This document shows, piece by piece, positions 26,229 through 35,724 of a stretch of 40,192 nucleotides of DNA. A program made the translations under genes and the position numbers. How positions within the stretch are numbered: the stretch's first letter is position 1; each line of letters opens with the position of its first letter. The notes beneath the pieces were generated by a model. The model was not told the origin of the DNA and did no database searches. It saw only the letters and a program-made list of their open reading frames with translations. This stretch comes from a virus (taxonomy: Duplodnaviria; Caudoviricetes), in the IMG/VR virus record IMGVR_UViG_3300012231_000023, positions 1 to 40,192 of that record; one strand, given 5' to 3'.

Positions 26229-26501
26229 CTACAGTTTGACGAACACAGTGATATCTAGAGCTGTTCCCGCGATGACGACTCGTAGTCCAGTACTCAACGA
26301 CACCGGGAATTCCCTCCACCCAATCGCCGGGGTAATGGTTCCGGTAATGGCGTTGTTAGTCCCCGTGGACGGCGAGTCGTGAATGACGATCGTCCCCGCG
26401 TTGGTGGAGTTCACATAAAAGCCGAGCATCTGACACGGCCGCGCAACGAGTGCAGCCGAAGCAGAAGCGTTGATCGCCGTCCCGAAATTGTTTTCTAACA
26501 T
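26229..26501 (-). CDS. small beta-sandwich virion protein, paralog B
   Basis: Shares LGFYVNST..GT.VIHDS...TNNAI.GTITPAIG...FP.SL..GLR with the upstream gene. Confidence 0.75.
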   Translation of the reverse strand: MLENNFGTAINASASAALVARPCQMLGFYVNSTNAGTIVIHDSPSTGTNNAITGTITPAIGWREFPVSLSTGLRVVIAGTALDITVFVKL

Positions 26502-26505
26502 CGCA

Positions 26506-26781
26506 TCACCCTATCGGGATCGCGAAGAACGTGACGTTGATCGTGGCACCTACCACGAATCGCAACCCCGCTCCTAGAGACGCCGGGAAGTGGTGATACC
26601 CAATCGCTGGAGTGATGGTCCCGCTGATCGCATTATTCGTGCTGGCCGAAGCGGAGTCGTGAATAACCAAGGTCCCAGAGCTCGTCGAGTTCACATAGAA
26701 CCCCAAGAGCAAACAGGGACGCGCAATCGGTACTGCCGATGCGATGGCATTGATCGGCATCCCGTGTCTACGATTCAGCAT
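26506..26781 (-). CDS. small beta-sandwich virion protein, paralog A
   Basis: GGAGG RBS before ATG 26781; tandem paralog. Confidence 0.75.
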   Translation of the reverse strand: MLNRRHGMPINAIASAVPIARPCLLLGFYVNSTSSGTLVIHDSASASTNNAISGTITPAIGYHHFPASLGAGLRFVVGATINVTFFAIPIG

Positions 26782-28129
26782 AGTCCCTCCGACAAACAAA
26801 CACCGCTTGCTGCGGGTCTTCTAACCTGACGCGCTTCACGTAGGGCCAGATCGCTCGCAGCTTCTCGGTCCACCACTCCGCGGGGCGAACCGTCATGTGC
26901 AACGTCTGACCGATGAACACCCCGAAGCTATCGGGGATCGTGTCGATGTTCAGGTAACAGCCCTTCGCGCACGCCCCGTGGATGGCCCTCAACGTGTCCT
27001 CAACCTTGTCGGTCGGGATGTGCTCCATCACGTCTGTGGTAAAGCCGTAGTCAACATTGGGCAGTTTCTCGGCGTCCCACAGAGGAGACTGCACGAAGGG
27101 CACGTCCTCCTCGAGACAGTTGGAGGCGATGTCCACTCCCACAGCCATATAGCCGCGGTCCGCGAACCACTTAGTGCAACGCCCAGTCCCACAGCCGAAG
27201 TCAGCGATAGACGAGCCTGGCTCTGGCGCCATGTGATCGATCGCTTCGTCCACGTATCGAAGCCCAGGCGACACCGTACGGTAATCGCCGAAGGTCCAGA
27301 TGTTCTCGTACTTGTCCCGCTCCTTGATCTCAGCAGGAACGTCAGACGTCGCGACCTTGATCATCTCTGACAGCAGCCCGTCGGAGTACAACCGCACGTC
27401 GAGATCGCACGTCCGCAGCACCGGCCCCAACGCCTTCGCGAACTGCTCCGCCGTCCTCGCCATCGCTAACGTGGTGAGGAACGTCTTACCGTTTAGCTTT
27501 ATCGAGAGGTGCCGGTCCTCGTCGTTCTGCGGCTGCGGGAAGGCGTGCTTGCCGCTGAAGTCGTAGCCGAACAGCATTTGTGTGCGATAGCCGAGCGCAG
27601 CAGCCACATAGACCGCATGAATGCTCGCCATCCCAATAGGTGCCGTGATGAACTTGAAATCCCCCACCAACGCATCCCGTGCGGTCTGCGTGCCCAGGTG
27701 GAACATCGTCACTCTTTTGTCCGCCAGCTCGTCCATCACCGACGGATGAACCTGTGACGCTAGACAGTGATTGGTGCGGTAGGAAGCCCCTGCCACATGC
27801 GCGACGTTCGAGGCCCGCGAGTCGATCATCACAAAGTGATCGGACTCAATCCCCTGCTCCCGCAGGAAGCGGTACGCCCCGTTGATCGAGAGCACGTCAC
27901 AGTCGGGGAGAAACGCTCGGATAACGCCGATGTAGTCAGGGAGCGATGGCCCGCCAGCGACCACCAGAAGGGGCCGTTCGCGCCACGCGTGCTGGGAGAG
28001 CTCCGCAAGCCCGAGCCCGACGTTGTGCGTGATGTTCCGTATGATCGACTCCCGGTCGTTGTTGACCGGGAGCTCTAAAAAGGCCGGCGAGTTTCCACCC
28101 GCCGGCAATGACCCCGACTGCAGGACCAT
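26768..28129 (-). CDS. Maf/DUF115 (MptE-like) glycosyltransferase-like domain fused to a class I SAM methyltransferase
   Basis: LVVAGGPSL, INGAY.FL...GI..D.FV.ID, LGYR...LFGYD; C-terminal ADFGCGTGR, GVDI, DVMEHIP. Confidence 0.8.
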   Translation of the reverse strand: MVLQSGSLPAGGNSPAFLELPVNNDRESIIRNITHNVGLGLAELSQHAWRERPLLVVAGGPSLPDYIGVIRAFLPDCDVLSINGAYRFLREQGIESDHFVMIDSRASNVAHVAGASYRTNHCLASQVHPSVMDELADKRVTMFHLGTQTARDALVGDFKFITAPIGMASIHAVYVAAALGYRTQMLFGYDFSGKHAFPQPQNDEDRHLSIKLNGKTFLTTLAMARTAEQFAKALGPVLRTCDLDVRLYSDGLLSEMIKVATSDVPAEIKERDKYENIWTFGDYRTVSPGLRYVDEAIDHMAPEPGSSIADFGCGTGRCTKWFADRGYMAVGVDIASNCLEEDVPFVQSPLWDAEKLPNVDYGFTTDVMEHIPTDKVEDTLRAIHGACAKGCYLNIDTIPDSFGVFIGQTLHMTVRPAEWWTEKLRAIWPYVKRVRLEDPQQAVFVCRRDYAES

Positions 28130-28668
28130 TAATCGGCAACCGCCGTCGTGGCTAGGGGCCACGTCGCCAGAGCCGTGCGGATCGTGTTGCCCGCCGACGC
28201 AGAGGCCGAAGCCGCCGCGGTGATCACTAGACCCTGAACCACCATGTTGCCCGCGGAAGCCGTGACGCTCGAGGCCAAACGGCCCGAAGCACCCACACCC
28301 CCGATGCCGAGCAACACATCCGCCGCCGTGGAAGCCGTGACACGAATCGAGAACGTGCCGCGCATCCGCGCCCAGAAGTAGGCGTTGTCCGCGATGATCT
28401 GCCGCGGAGCCACCCCTACCCTGTGACCTGCTAGCCCTAGAGCCGCAGTCAACAGAACGGCTTGACCGTCCTCGTCAATCGCGAGCGCAAAGGGCTCGTT
28501 GAGCGTGGTGGAAATCGCCGCACCCGCCTGGCAGTAACGATAGACGTTACCGTCCGACGTGGCGATCTCCGTGTTGAGAGCAAACTCGGCGTTTTCTCCG
28601 TTGGTCGTGGTTCCATCGGAAACACGGTCGAAGTTGGCGCCAATGACCGGACTTGCACCTGCTGACAT
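28129..28668 (-). CDS. capsid decoration/cement protein
   Basis: Directly after the MCP; G..YRY.QA and YFW motifs; Ala/Ser/Thr-rich. Confidence 0.7.
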   Translation of the reverse strand: MSAGASPVIGANFDRVSDGTTTNGENAEFALNTEIATSDGNVYRYCQAGAAISTTLNEPFALAIDEDGQAVLLTAALGLAGHRVGVAPRQIIADNAYFWARMRGTFSIRVTASTAADVLLGIGGVGASGRLASSVTASAGNMVVQGLVITAAASASASAGNTIRTALATWPLATTAVAD

Positions 28669-28704
28669 TTGATTGTCTCCTAACCTATTGATTTAGCGCC
28701 AAAA

Positions 28705-29694
28705 TCAGGCCTTAAGGACACCTTGCCGTGCGCGGTTGCTCACGGTCAAGTTCGCCTGCGTCAGAATCGGAATCACGATGGCGTCCTGATTCACCGACCG
28801 AAGCTCGGGCATGATCTCCATCCACGCGTCCTGGTGGCCTACCACCTCGAGGAAGTCCGTGTTGACGAAGTACATGTGCGACGTGGCGATACCCGATGAC
28901 GACGAGTCGTGGAACACGTCCGCGCTCTTGTACTTCATCGAGATCATGCCGCCCTTACCGTTGTCCTCCGGCGCGTACCGCTTGAGGCTGGTCTGGCTCG
29001 TCTCGTAGAACGTGAAGTAGTTCTCAGAAGCTACGATCAGGTCCGTCTGATCCGAACCGCGAGTCGTTCGCAGGTACAGCGGCAACATCAAGGATTCGAT
29101 CGTGGTAGCCGACGGCGTAATACCGCCACCACCCTGCAACGGTGCCGCCGCACTCTGTACCGTGTTCTGCCAGAACGAGAAGTTAGTCGAGTTGATACCC
29201 CCGACCGTACCCGTGCCCGCATCCGCGATGAGCGCCTGCAAGCCGTTCATCTGGTTCGAGACCGAGCCCGCGGAGTAGAAGTCCGACGAAAGACCGTTCG
29301 ACAATGATCGCTGGCCGTTCTTAATCTTGGCCTTCAGGAAATTGATGATGCGGTTCTCGCCAGAGTTGGAGCGAATCTCCAAACCTGACGCGGCGATGTT
29401 GACCGCCACCTGCCGCCACGGAAACTCCGCAGCGCTGACGACGTCCGATGCGCCAATGTCGAGAGGGTCATAACCCGAGTACCGGGTATACGTCGAGTTC
29501 TCGGCGTAATCGACCGGGCAGACGATGGACAATCCACCATCTTCGAGCCTAACCCGTCCCTTTTCCGTAAGGCGACGGAACAGCGCGTTATGGTTCGAAA
29601 CGTTGTCCGCAATCTCTTTCTTGTGATTGCGGAAGGTCGTCGAGACCAGCTCCGTAAACGTGGTGAATAGCGTTGATTGACCAGGCGATGCCAT
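28705..29694 (-). CDS. major capsid protein
   Basis: 329 aa after the scaffold; TT.RN..K.IADNV..HNAL, YSGYD.L, and N...QG.L C-terminus. Confidence 0.88.
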   Translation of the reverse strand: MASPGQSTLFTTFTELVSTTFRNHKKEIADNVSNHNALFRRLTEKGRVRLEDGGLSIVCPVDYAENSTYTRYSGYDPLDIGASDVVSAAEFPWRQVAVNIAASGLEIRSNSGENRIINFLKAKIKNGQRSLSNGLSSDFYSAGSVSNQMNGLQALIADAGTGTVGGINSTNFSFWQNTVQSAAAPLQGGGGITPSATTIESLMLPLYLRTTRGSDQTDLIVASENYFTFYETSQTSLKRYAPEDNGKGGMISMKYKSADVFHDSSSSGIATSHMYFVNTDFLEVVGHQDAWMEIMPELRSVNQDAIVIPILTQANLTVSNRARQGVLKA

Positions 29695-29739
29695 GGTGTG
29701 TCACTCCGTAAACTAGGTGAGTGGGACACCATGGTTAAG

Positions 29740-30795
29740 TCACTCGGCGCCGTTAAGCCTCCGGTACTCCGACCGTATGGTGTCGTCCATCGAGCCTGGC
29801 TTCTGCACCGTCGGGGGTGTCCCGCGGCGTGTGACATTCGCTAAGGCGGCCTTTCTGGCAGCGGCGGCCTCGTCCGCTAATCGCTTGCTCCGCTCCTGGG
29901 TCTCTTTCTCCAAGAGCTTCGCTCGCGTCTCCGGTTGAGCCCAAATCGCTTTGTTGTAAGCGTCTTCGAGCGTCGTCGCGGAGCCAGCTTGAATCAATCG
30001 GCCCATCTCCTGGCGAACGGCTTCAAAGTGCTCGTGCTTCGGGTCTTTCCCGAACTGCCCGATCTCTGCGTCCATTCGCTCTTGCTCGAGTCTTGCGGAC
30101 TCGGCACGTTGGGCCTGCAGCGACTGCTCCAAAGTCTCGACCCGTTGTAGAACAGGCGAGAAATCGACCCCACTCGCTGGCGGTTGTGCGCCATTCTGTG
30201 GAGAAGGCGCGGCACCCGCTGGAAACTGTATACCGTATGTGTTGGCGACTTGCAACAACGCCTGGCGCTTCTGGTCGGGCGTACCGTTGACCAAGGTAGA
30301 CCACGTCCCCATGACTTCCCGCACCACGTTCTGCGGAGTGGTGTTCAGCCGGCGGAACGTGTCGAGGTGCGGCAGTAAGTCTGCAGCCAGAGCCTTACCG
30401 AACGCAGCCGGTTCCTTGTACTCCTTCAGCCCACTAAGGAAGTCTTGCTCCCGTCGGTGGATCTCAGCACGGACGGGCTCGGGGATGCCTTTCCACGTGG
30501 TTTCGTGGTCTTTCTTCCAGCTCGAAGGGTAGGCGTCGTATGGCTTGGTCTCGGCAACAGGAGCAGCCGCAACCACTCCGCTGTCAGCAGGCTTGTCACC
30601 CTTCGTGAACTTTCCATCTGGTCCTCGAACCCGCTCTTTCGCTGTTTCGACGACGGGGGCGGCGGGCGTTTCCTCCTGCGGCGCAGTGTCATCGGCTGGG
30701 GCCTCCGTGGTTAGCTTGCGGTACTCATCGCGGATCGTCGCTTCCATGGCCTGATCGGGAGTGGTCTCGATCGGGGCCGTTTCGGTGTCGCTCAT
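29740..30795 (-). CDS. capsid scaffolding protein
   Basis: Acidic Pro/Ala-rich N-terminus with R..DGKF, P.SWK, coiled coils, LEDAY..A; precedes the MCP. Confidence 0.8.
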   Translation of the reverse strand: MSDTETAPIETTPDQAMEATIRDEYRKLTTEAPADDTAPQEETPAAPVVETAKERVRGPDGKFTKGDKPADSGVVAAAPVAETKPYDAYPSSWKKDHETTWKGIPEPVRAEIHRREQDFLSGLKEYKEPAAFGKALAADLLPHLDTFRRLNTTPQNVVREVMGTWSTLVNGTPDQKRQALLQVANTYGIQFPAGAAPSPQNGAQPPASGVDFSPVLQRVETLEQSLQAQRAESARLEQERMDAEIGQFGKDPKHEHFEAVRQEMGRLIQAGSATTLEDAYNKAIWAQPETRAKLLEKETQERSKRLADEAAAARKAALANVTRRGTPPTVQKPGSMDDTIRSEYRRLNGAE

Positions 30796-30805
30796 CGATT
30801 CTCCA

Positions 30806-31219
30806 TCATTTTGACTCAAACGGACGCTTGCCAAACATTGCCTGAACTACTGCCGACGGCGTGTAGTATTCGCCATGCCACGAGCCTGCATAGGGTGCCG
30901 CTCGCCCCTTGGCATAGATGCTTTCGTCGCTGAAAGTCGGATGGCTCGGTAGCTTGTATTCGTCAGTGAGATGCTGCCCAGCGTCTAACGGCACCGCACC
31001 GTACTTGGAATAAAAACCGCGGTAGTCGTAATTGTTCCCAGAGTATTGCGGACTGACCTCGAAGCCTTGCTCGTAGGTGTGCCCGATTTGGTTCATCCAC
31101 TGCCGGTAAGCCGCTTCCTGATCTGGTTGCAGATACGTCCCTGTACTCTGCGGCGCTACCACCGGCAACAGATTCGCCATCAGTCGTTTGGCTAGCAGCT
31201 GGTTGCGAGAATCTGGCAC
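30806..31219 (-). CDS. uncharacterised protein with YDYRG...H..D..K.P.HPTFS.ES.Y motif
   Basis: Motif read directly; GTG start abuts the upstream stop. Confidence 0.65.
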   Translation of the reverse strand: MPDSRNQLLAKRLMANLLPVVAPQSTGTYLQPDQEAAYRQWMNQIGHTYEQGFEVSPQYSGNNYDYRGFYSKYGAVPLDAGQHLTDEYKLPSHPTFSDESIYAKGRAAPYAGSWHGEYYTPSAVVQAMFGKRPFESK

Positions 31220-31555
31220 CTAGCGTCCCTCAAGAACCTTGCGCTGATCTGGCGACAGGCAGTAATAGGCTCGGCGTGCGTGCTCGTCTAGCCGCGCATC
31301 GTCGCGTTGCTCGTTGTAGGCCCGCTGGCGGGCTGCTTCCTGTTCCTCTTGAACTCGTCCCTCATATGGCCTGCATCGGCTGCGCTTGAGGTCTTCTCGC
31401 CTACCTCTGCGACCGTGGACTATCCGGCCGTCGATCGGCGACTGGTAGTCGGGCAAGTCAGCCTGCACCATCGGTGCCTCGCGCTTTGGCACCTGATAGC
31501 CAGGCGTGACCTCGACCAGGTCACCGCCAGGAACTTGCACGAACTTCCTACGCAA
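31220..31555 (-). CDS. conserved phage protein
   Basis: Y.SPIDG..V.GR..RREDLKR..C pattern, usual between portal and scaffold. Confidence 0.7.
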   Translation of the reverse strand: MRRKFVQVPGGDLVEVTPGYQVPKREAPMVQADLPDYQSPIDGRIVHGRRGRREDLKRSRCRPYEGRVQEEQEAARQRAYNEQRDDARLDEHARRAYYCLSPDQRKVLEGR

Positions 31556-31760
31556 GCGCCGCCCTTATGGCCGTGTTCTTGTCGGCGTCCGTGTCCGTGC
31601 GAGTCACAGACACCCATCGCGCATGGCCGGCGTAGCCTTGACTCGGCACAACGTAGTAGTGGCTCAGCGTATCCGTAGCTCCGCCGGTCCGGGTAATGAT
31701 GCGGATTCCGTTGCCGGTCGAGTCCGCGTCTAAAAGCAAAGCCAAGTCCGTGTCAGCCAT
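31548..31760 (-). CDS. hypothetical protein
   Basis: AGGAGG RBS; tiles the operon. Confidence 0.7.
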   Translation of the reverse strand: MADTDLALLLDADSTGNGIRIITRTGGATDTLSHYYVVPSQGYAGHARWVSVTRTDTDADKNTAIRAALA

Positions 31761-31768
31761 AGAGCCTC

Positions 31769-34051
31769 CTAGTTAATCGTCGCCGTGGCGCCCGTAATCC
31801 TACCCTGCTCGCCACGCTCGAAACTGATCTTTTTGGGCTTGTTCATCGCCTCGAGCAAAGCCGTAGTAACCGCAGTGGTCTGCTCGGTGGACTGCTGCAT
31901 CTGCCCAAGTACGGTCTGCATCCCCTGAAGGACCATTTGTAGCCCCTGAACGACCGCCTCAGCGACCTGCTGCTGCTGTTGAGCGACTGCCTCAGCCTTC
32001 TGCGCAAACTCCCCATGGTCCACGCCCATCATCTCATCGCGCTGCTTCTGCATCTCAGCATCACGGGCCTGTAGCTCTTGCTGCTGTTGGAAGGCGGCTT
32101 CTTTCTGCGCTAGCTGAGCTTCGCGCTGCTGCAAGTCCATACCCTGCTGCTGGAAGCCGAGCTCCATTTGCTGCTGCTTGACCCCCTGCTCCTTCTCCTG
32201 CGCTTCCTGCTGCATCTGCTGGCCTTGAGCCAATTCAGGGGGTGGAGCTTGCATGGCCGGGGGTTTCATTTGGTCTATGGCGTCCTCTACAGCCGGCCCA
32301 AGGCGTGCCCGACGAACGATGACCATAGCCACCTCCTTAACCGACTCGACTGTGAGCATGCCGCCTTGAACTGCGGGGACTGCTCCGGCGATCAAGCCAC
32401 CCAAAGCCGTAACGACTTCTGTGAGCCCTTCCATGTCACGAGTCACTGTTTCGGCCACCGTCGAATCAGTTTCAATGTCGATCCGGCAGGATCGCAAAGC
32501 GTCGGTGTGCAAGAGCTGCATCACTTCCTCCCACGACGGCTGCTCGAGCGCTTCCATCATCTCAGGAGGTGGCTGCTGGCCCATTTGGGCAGCCATTTGC
32601 GCCATCATCTGCGCTTGCTGCTTCTGCTGCGCCGTTGGTAGCTTGACGTTCGTGCTCTGCATCAGCGTTTCCATCGAGAACCGCTCGGCGATGATCTCAG
32701 CGTCTAGCCTGGTCAAGTCCCGAACGTATCGCTGGACCTCGCGCTGCATCTTCTGTAAGCGAAGCGATCCCCACTGAGATTTGAGCACCTGGGCGCCCTT
32801 GGTCTCGTTGGGGTCTGTAATCCCCCGCATGATGTCGCCGATACCTGAAATCTCGTAGATGGTCGCTTTGATCTGATCACGTGCGAGATAGAGCGAGTCC
32901 AACGCCCCTTTGAGCACGTCCAAAGGCATGAGCCAGATGGCTTTGTCCAGCCCGCCCGATGAGGCAACCTCCGACACGTTCGCCACAGGCACCATGTCGG
33001 TGTCTGAAGCTCCGAGGATATTGGCTACCTCGGGCAGGTTCGCAGAGTAAGCGCCTCGAACCTTTAGGGCCTCAATGATCTTGTTAATCCGCCCCGATAC
33101 CCGGTCAAGCTCCTTGGCCTGCTGCTCGTACATCCGATAGGGTGGAGTAGGTACAAGCGTGCGTGAGTTGTGCACGGCAAACACTGGACGTGGACACGGA
33201 TAGAATCCACGAAGTTTGAGAGGGTCCTCAACGACTAGACACGGTTGTTCCTTGTAGCAAGGCGCAATGAACAGCACTCTGCGCTGGTCACGGTCCCAAA
33301 TCTCGTGGATTACAGTAGTTTTGAAAATGCGCTTCGTCTCGTCCTTGTCGGCCTTCTTGACCGAACCTTCCGTGTCGCTGAACTCGAGCAGGTCGGCTAC
33401 TTCCTCGCCGAACTTCTCCGCAGCCATATCGTAGGTGAAGTCATGGTCACGAGATACCCACGTGACGTCCTTCCATCGCTTACCCGGACCATGGCGGAAC
33501 TTGTCCCACTGCACGTGCTCGTTCTCGAGCGTCTCGTCCGTGATGCGTTCTAAGGGTGCTGCAGGCTCCTGAGGTACTTGTGCATTGGCGTCTCCAGCAG
33601 TGGGTGCTGTCTGGGGTGCAAAAGAGGGCTCGTACTTCTTCCACGACACGCCACGGCCAGCAATCAGCACGTCTAACACCAGATCGTGCATCGAGGCGTC
33701 AAAGTCGTACTGGTCGAGCTGGTATGAACACTCCCGCTCGATCACCGTGGCAGCAGCTTTGCCTACAGGGTCCTTGTCCCGATACCGCCTGCGAACGTCT
33801 GGGTTAGGCGTGGAGTTGTAGACAGCAGGCGCTAGGGTCTCGGTGTTTGACCACAGGATATTGAAGCTATTGGCCTTGGATTCCTTGCCCTCGTAAATGT
33901 CCCAAATGCGCTTGGCTTCCTTGTGCCAGTCAGCGTGGCTCTTGTCGTAAATCTCGATCTCTGACAGCCATCGCTTGACCACGCCCTGCGGCTTGGCCTC
34001 CACTTCAGCAGTGGTCTTGGCGTGGAACTCGCTAACGTCTGAGTCAGCCAT
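31769..34051 (-). CDS. portal protein with Gln-rich C-terminal coiled coil
   Basis: 760 aa after TerL; FNILWSN...L.PA.Y...P.P.V.RR; IYEISGI.DI.RG; I.IETDST. Confidence 0.88.
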   Translation of the reverse strand: MADSDVSEFHAKTTAEVEAKPQGVVKRWLSEIEIYDKSHADWHKEAKRIWDIYEGKESKANSFNILWSNTETLAPAVYNSTPNPDVRRRYRDKDPVGKAAATVIERECSYQLDQYDFDASMHDLVLDVLIAGRGVSWKKYEPSFAPQTAPTAGDANAQVPQEPAAPLERITDETLENEHVQWDKFRHGPGKRWKDVTWVSRDHDFTYDMAAEKFGEEVADLLEFSDTEGSVKKADKDETKRIFKTTVIHEIWDRDQRRVLFIAPCYKEQPCLVVEDPLKLRGFYPCPRPVFAVHNSRTLVPTPPYRMYEQQAKELDRVSGRINKIIEALKVRGAYSANLPEVANILGASDTDMVPVANVSEVASSGGLDKAIWLMPLDVLKGALDSLYLARDQIKATIYEISGIGDIMRGITDPNETKGAQVLKSQWGSLRLQKMQREVQRYVRDLTRLDAEIIAERFSMETLMQSTNVKLPTAQQKQQAQMMAQMAAQMGQQPPPEMMEALEQPSWEEVMQLLHTDALRSCRIDIETDSTVAETVTRDMEGLTEVVTALGGLIAGAVPAVQGGMLTVESVKEVAMVIVRRARLGPAVEDAIDQMKPPAMQAPPPELAQGQQMQQEAQEKEQGVKQQQMELGFQQQGMDLQQREAQLAQKEAAFQQQQELQARDAEMQKQRDEMMGVDHGEFAQKAEAVAQQQQQVAEAVVQGLQMVLQGMQTVLGQMQQSTEQTTAVTTALLEAMNKPKKISFERGEQGRITGATATIN

Positions 34052-35474
34052 CGCCTAGCCTCTTGCGCCGCCGACCGTCGATGATCTCGCGCACGCTCTG
34101 CTGTATCGGGAACTTGGGAGGCGGAGTGTGAGCAGCGTTGCGTATCCACGGCCTAGATGAACAGGCATACCGAACCGAGTCCCCCGCATGGTCCTCGCCG
34201 TCCGTGTCCACGTCCTCGGGTCTCATCTCGTCATGCTGCAACGCTGGAAGCGTCCTAATGGTTTCGGTACACGTCGAGAAGAAATATATCATAGGTGCAT
34301 CGTCCCCTTTCAGCCTATGACGCACCAAATCCCACCCCGATAGCGCTCCACGTTGCGACACGCGTTTGTTGTCGGCGAGCTGAAAGTACGCCTTCCGCCC
34401 AGCCATCCGTGAAGCAATCGACGGCCCACCGTTCACCGCAAAGGCGGAAGGGTCTAGGACCGACATATCGATCTTCTCGTCCTGTGCCTCACGCAGCAAG
34501 ATACCGTCCGCCACTTCCTCGGCAGTGAGCTTAAGACCCACGTTCGGCTGCCCTTCCTGCATCCCGTACCACTCGCGATAGTTGATCATCGCTCCACGTG
34601 GAACCTCGGGTAACTCACCATCGCTCACTGCCCACCAGTTAACAGCGAACGGCTTAGCCGATCCCCAGTCCATCGAGCGGAACCGCACCCAGTGTTTAGG
34701 TATCTCGAAGGGCTCGAGGATGTGCCCGGAGCTGAACTCAGGAAAGAAGGCCCCGCTAACCACGCTCCAATCGCCCTCGAGCCACGCCCTGACTAGATCA
34801 GGACTGCCCAAGCCAGCTAGGCGCTCGGAGTACTTCGGGTCATTGGCGAGCAATAGCTGGTTATCCTGCAAGCGTGAACGGATGAACAGCCGCTTCATAC
34901 CGCCTTGTTCGAACACATGCCCACCGAGCGGATACTGGTCGATCTTCCAGTACATTTTGACCGCGTGATGCCCTGGCCCGCCTGGGTTGCCTGTAGCTCG
35001 AATGCGCTTGTTAGGCACCGGATGTGCGGACCTGAGCCTGGCTTTCATCTTGGTATAGGCCAGCATGTCAGTCCAAGTAGGAAGCTCGTCCCATCCAATC
35101 CACGTGTAGGCGTGACCCCAGTAGCGCATCCAGTCAGTGCTTGACTCCAGATACCGCATCTTGAGCGTTGCACCATTGGGCCAGCGCCACGTTTTGTCTG
35201 ACTCTAGCCACTGAACACCAGGGAACCAACCGGGGTAAATCTCCTGGCTGCGGCTTATGAGGTCTTCGAGCTCGGGATAAGTCTTACGGAACAGGATGCC
35301 GTGCCAGTGAGAGCCCCAAGGGCTGGGCACGTCTTGGGCGAAGTCTCCAATCAGAAAGTCGCTCTTGCCACCGCCTACAGCACCACCATAGAACAGCTCG
35401 TCAATGGTGTGTCGCTTGATGGCCGTTAGTTGCGGCCCCGGTTGTGCTCTCCACGGGGTTAGCGACGAGATCAT
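34044..35474 (-). CDS. terL: terminase large subunit
   Basis: Q.GPQ, Walker A YGGAVGGGKS, Walker B IGWDEL, ATGNPGG.GH, nuclease SMDWG and EDHA.D..RY; exact start uncertain (35486/35474). Confidence 0.95.
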   Translation of the reverse strand: MISSLTPWRAQPGPQLTAIKRHTIDELFYGGAVGGGKSDFLIGDFAQDVPSPWGSHWHGILFRKTYPELEDLISRSQEIYPGWFPGVQWLESDKTWRWPNGATLKMRYLESSTDWMRYWGHAYTWIGWDELPTWTDMLAYTKMKARLRSAHPVPNKRIRATGNPGGPGHHAVKMYWKIDQYPLGGHVFEQGGMKRLFIRSRLQDNQLLLANDPKYSERLAGLGSPDLVRAWLEGDWSVVSGAFFPEFSSGHILEPFEIPKHWVRFRSMDWGSAKPFAVNWWAVSDGELPEVPRGAMINYREWYGMQEGQPNVGLKLTAEEVADGILLREAQDEKIDMSVLDPSAFAVNGGPSIASRMAGRKAYFQLADNKRVSQRGALSGWDLVRHRLKGDDAPMIYFFSTCTETIRTLPALQHDEMRPEDVDTDGEDHAGDSVRYACSSRPWIRNAAHTPPPKFPIQQSVREIIDGRRRKRLGDG

Positions 35475-35691
35475 CACGCTGCTCAACGGGGATTGCCTCG
35501 TAGGTGCCTAGAGACCCTGACACATGCTGCTCCACGGGGATCAGCTTGGAATAGAGCCGGTAGAACTCGGTCTCATTGGACGCGGCCCACTTGGCCATTT
35601 GCTTGCGACCGCCCATCAAGTCGAACACCGCAACGATGTTGTCTTTGGCGGTGCTGCCTACTTTGTTCTTGCTGCCCTTGGTTCTAGACAT
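35401..35691 (-). CDS. terminase small subunit (putative)
   Basis: R.KGSKNK N-terminus, GG....WA..N...FY.L..KLIP; immediately upstream of terL. Confidence 0.75.
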   Translation of the reverse strand: MSRTKGSKNKVGSTAKDNIVAVFDLMGGRKQMAKWAASNETEFYRLYSKLIPVEQHVSGSLGTYEAIPVEQRDDLVANPVESTTGAATNGHQATHH

Positions 35692-35724
35692 AGTCTATCG
35701 GTAGATATTTGACGAGTCAGTGAC

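Noticed and set aside
31769-32700. CTG/CAG-rich stretch as a DNA repeat element
   Set aside because: It simply encodes the Gln-rich regions of the portal C-terminal part.
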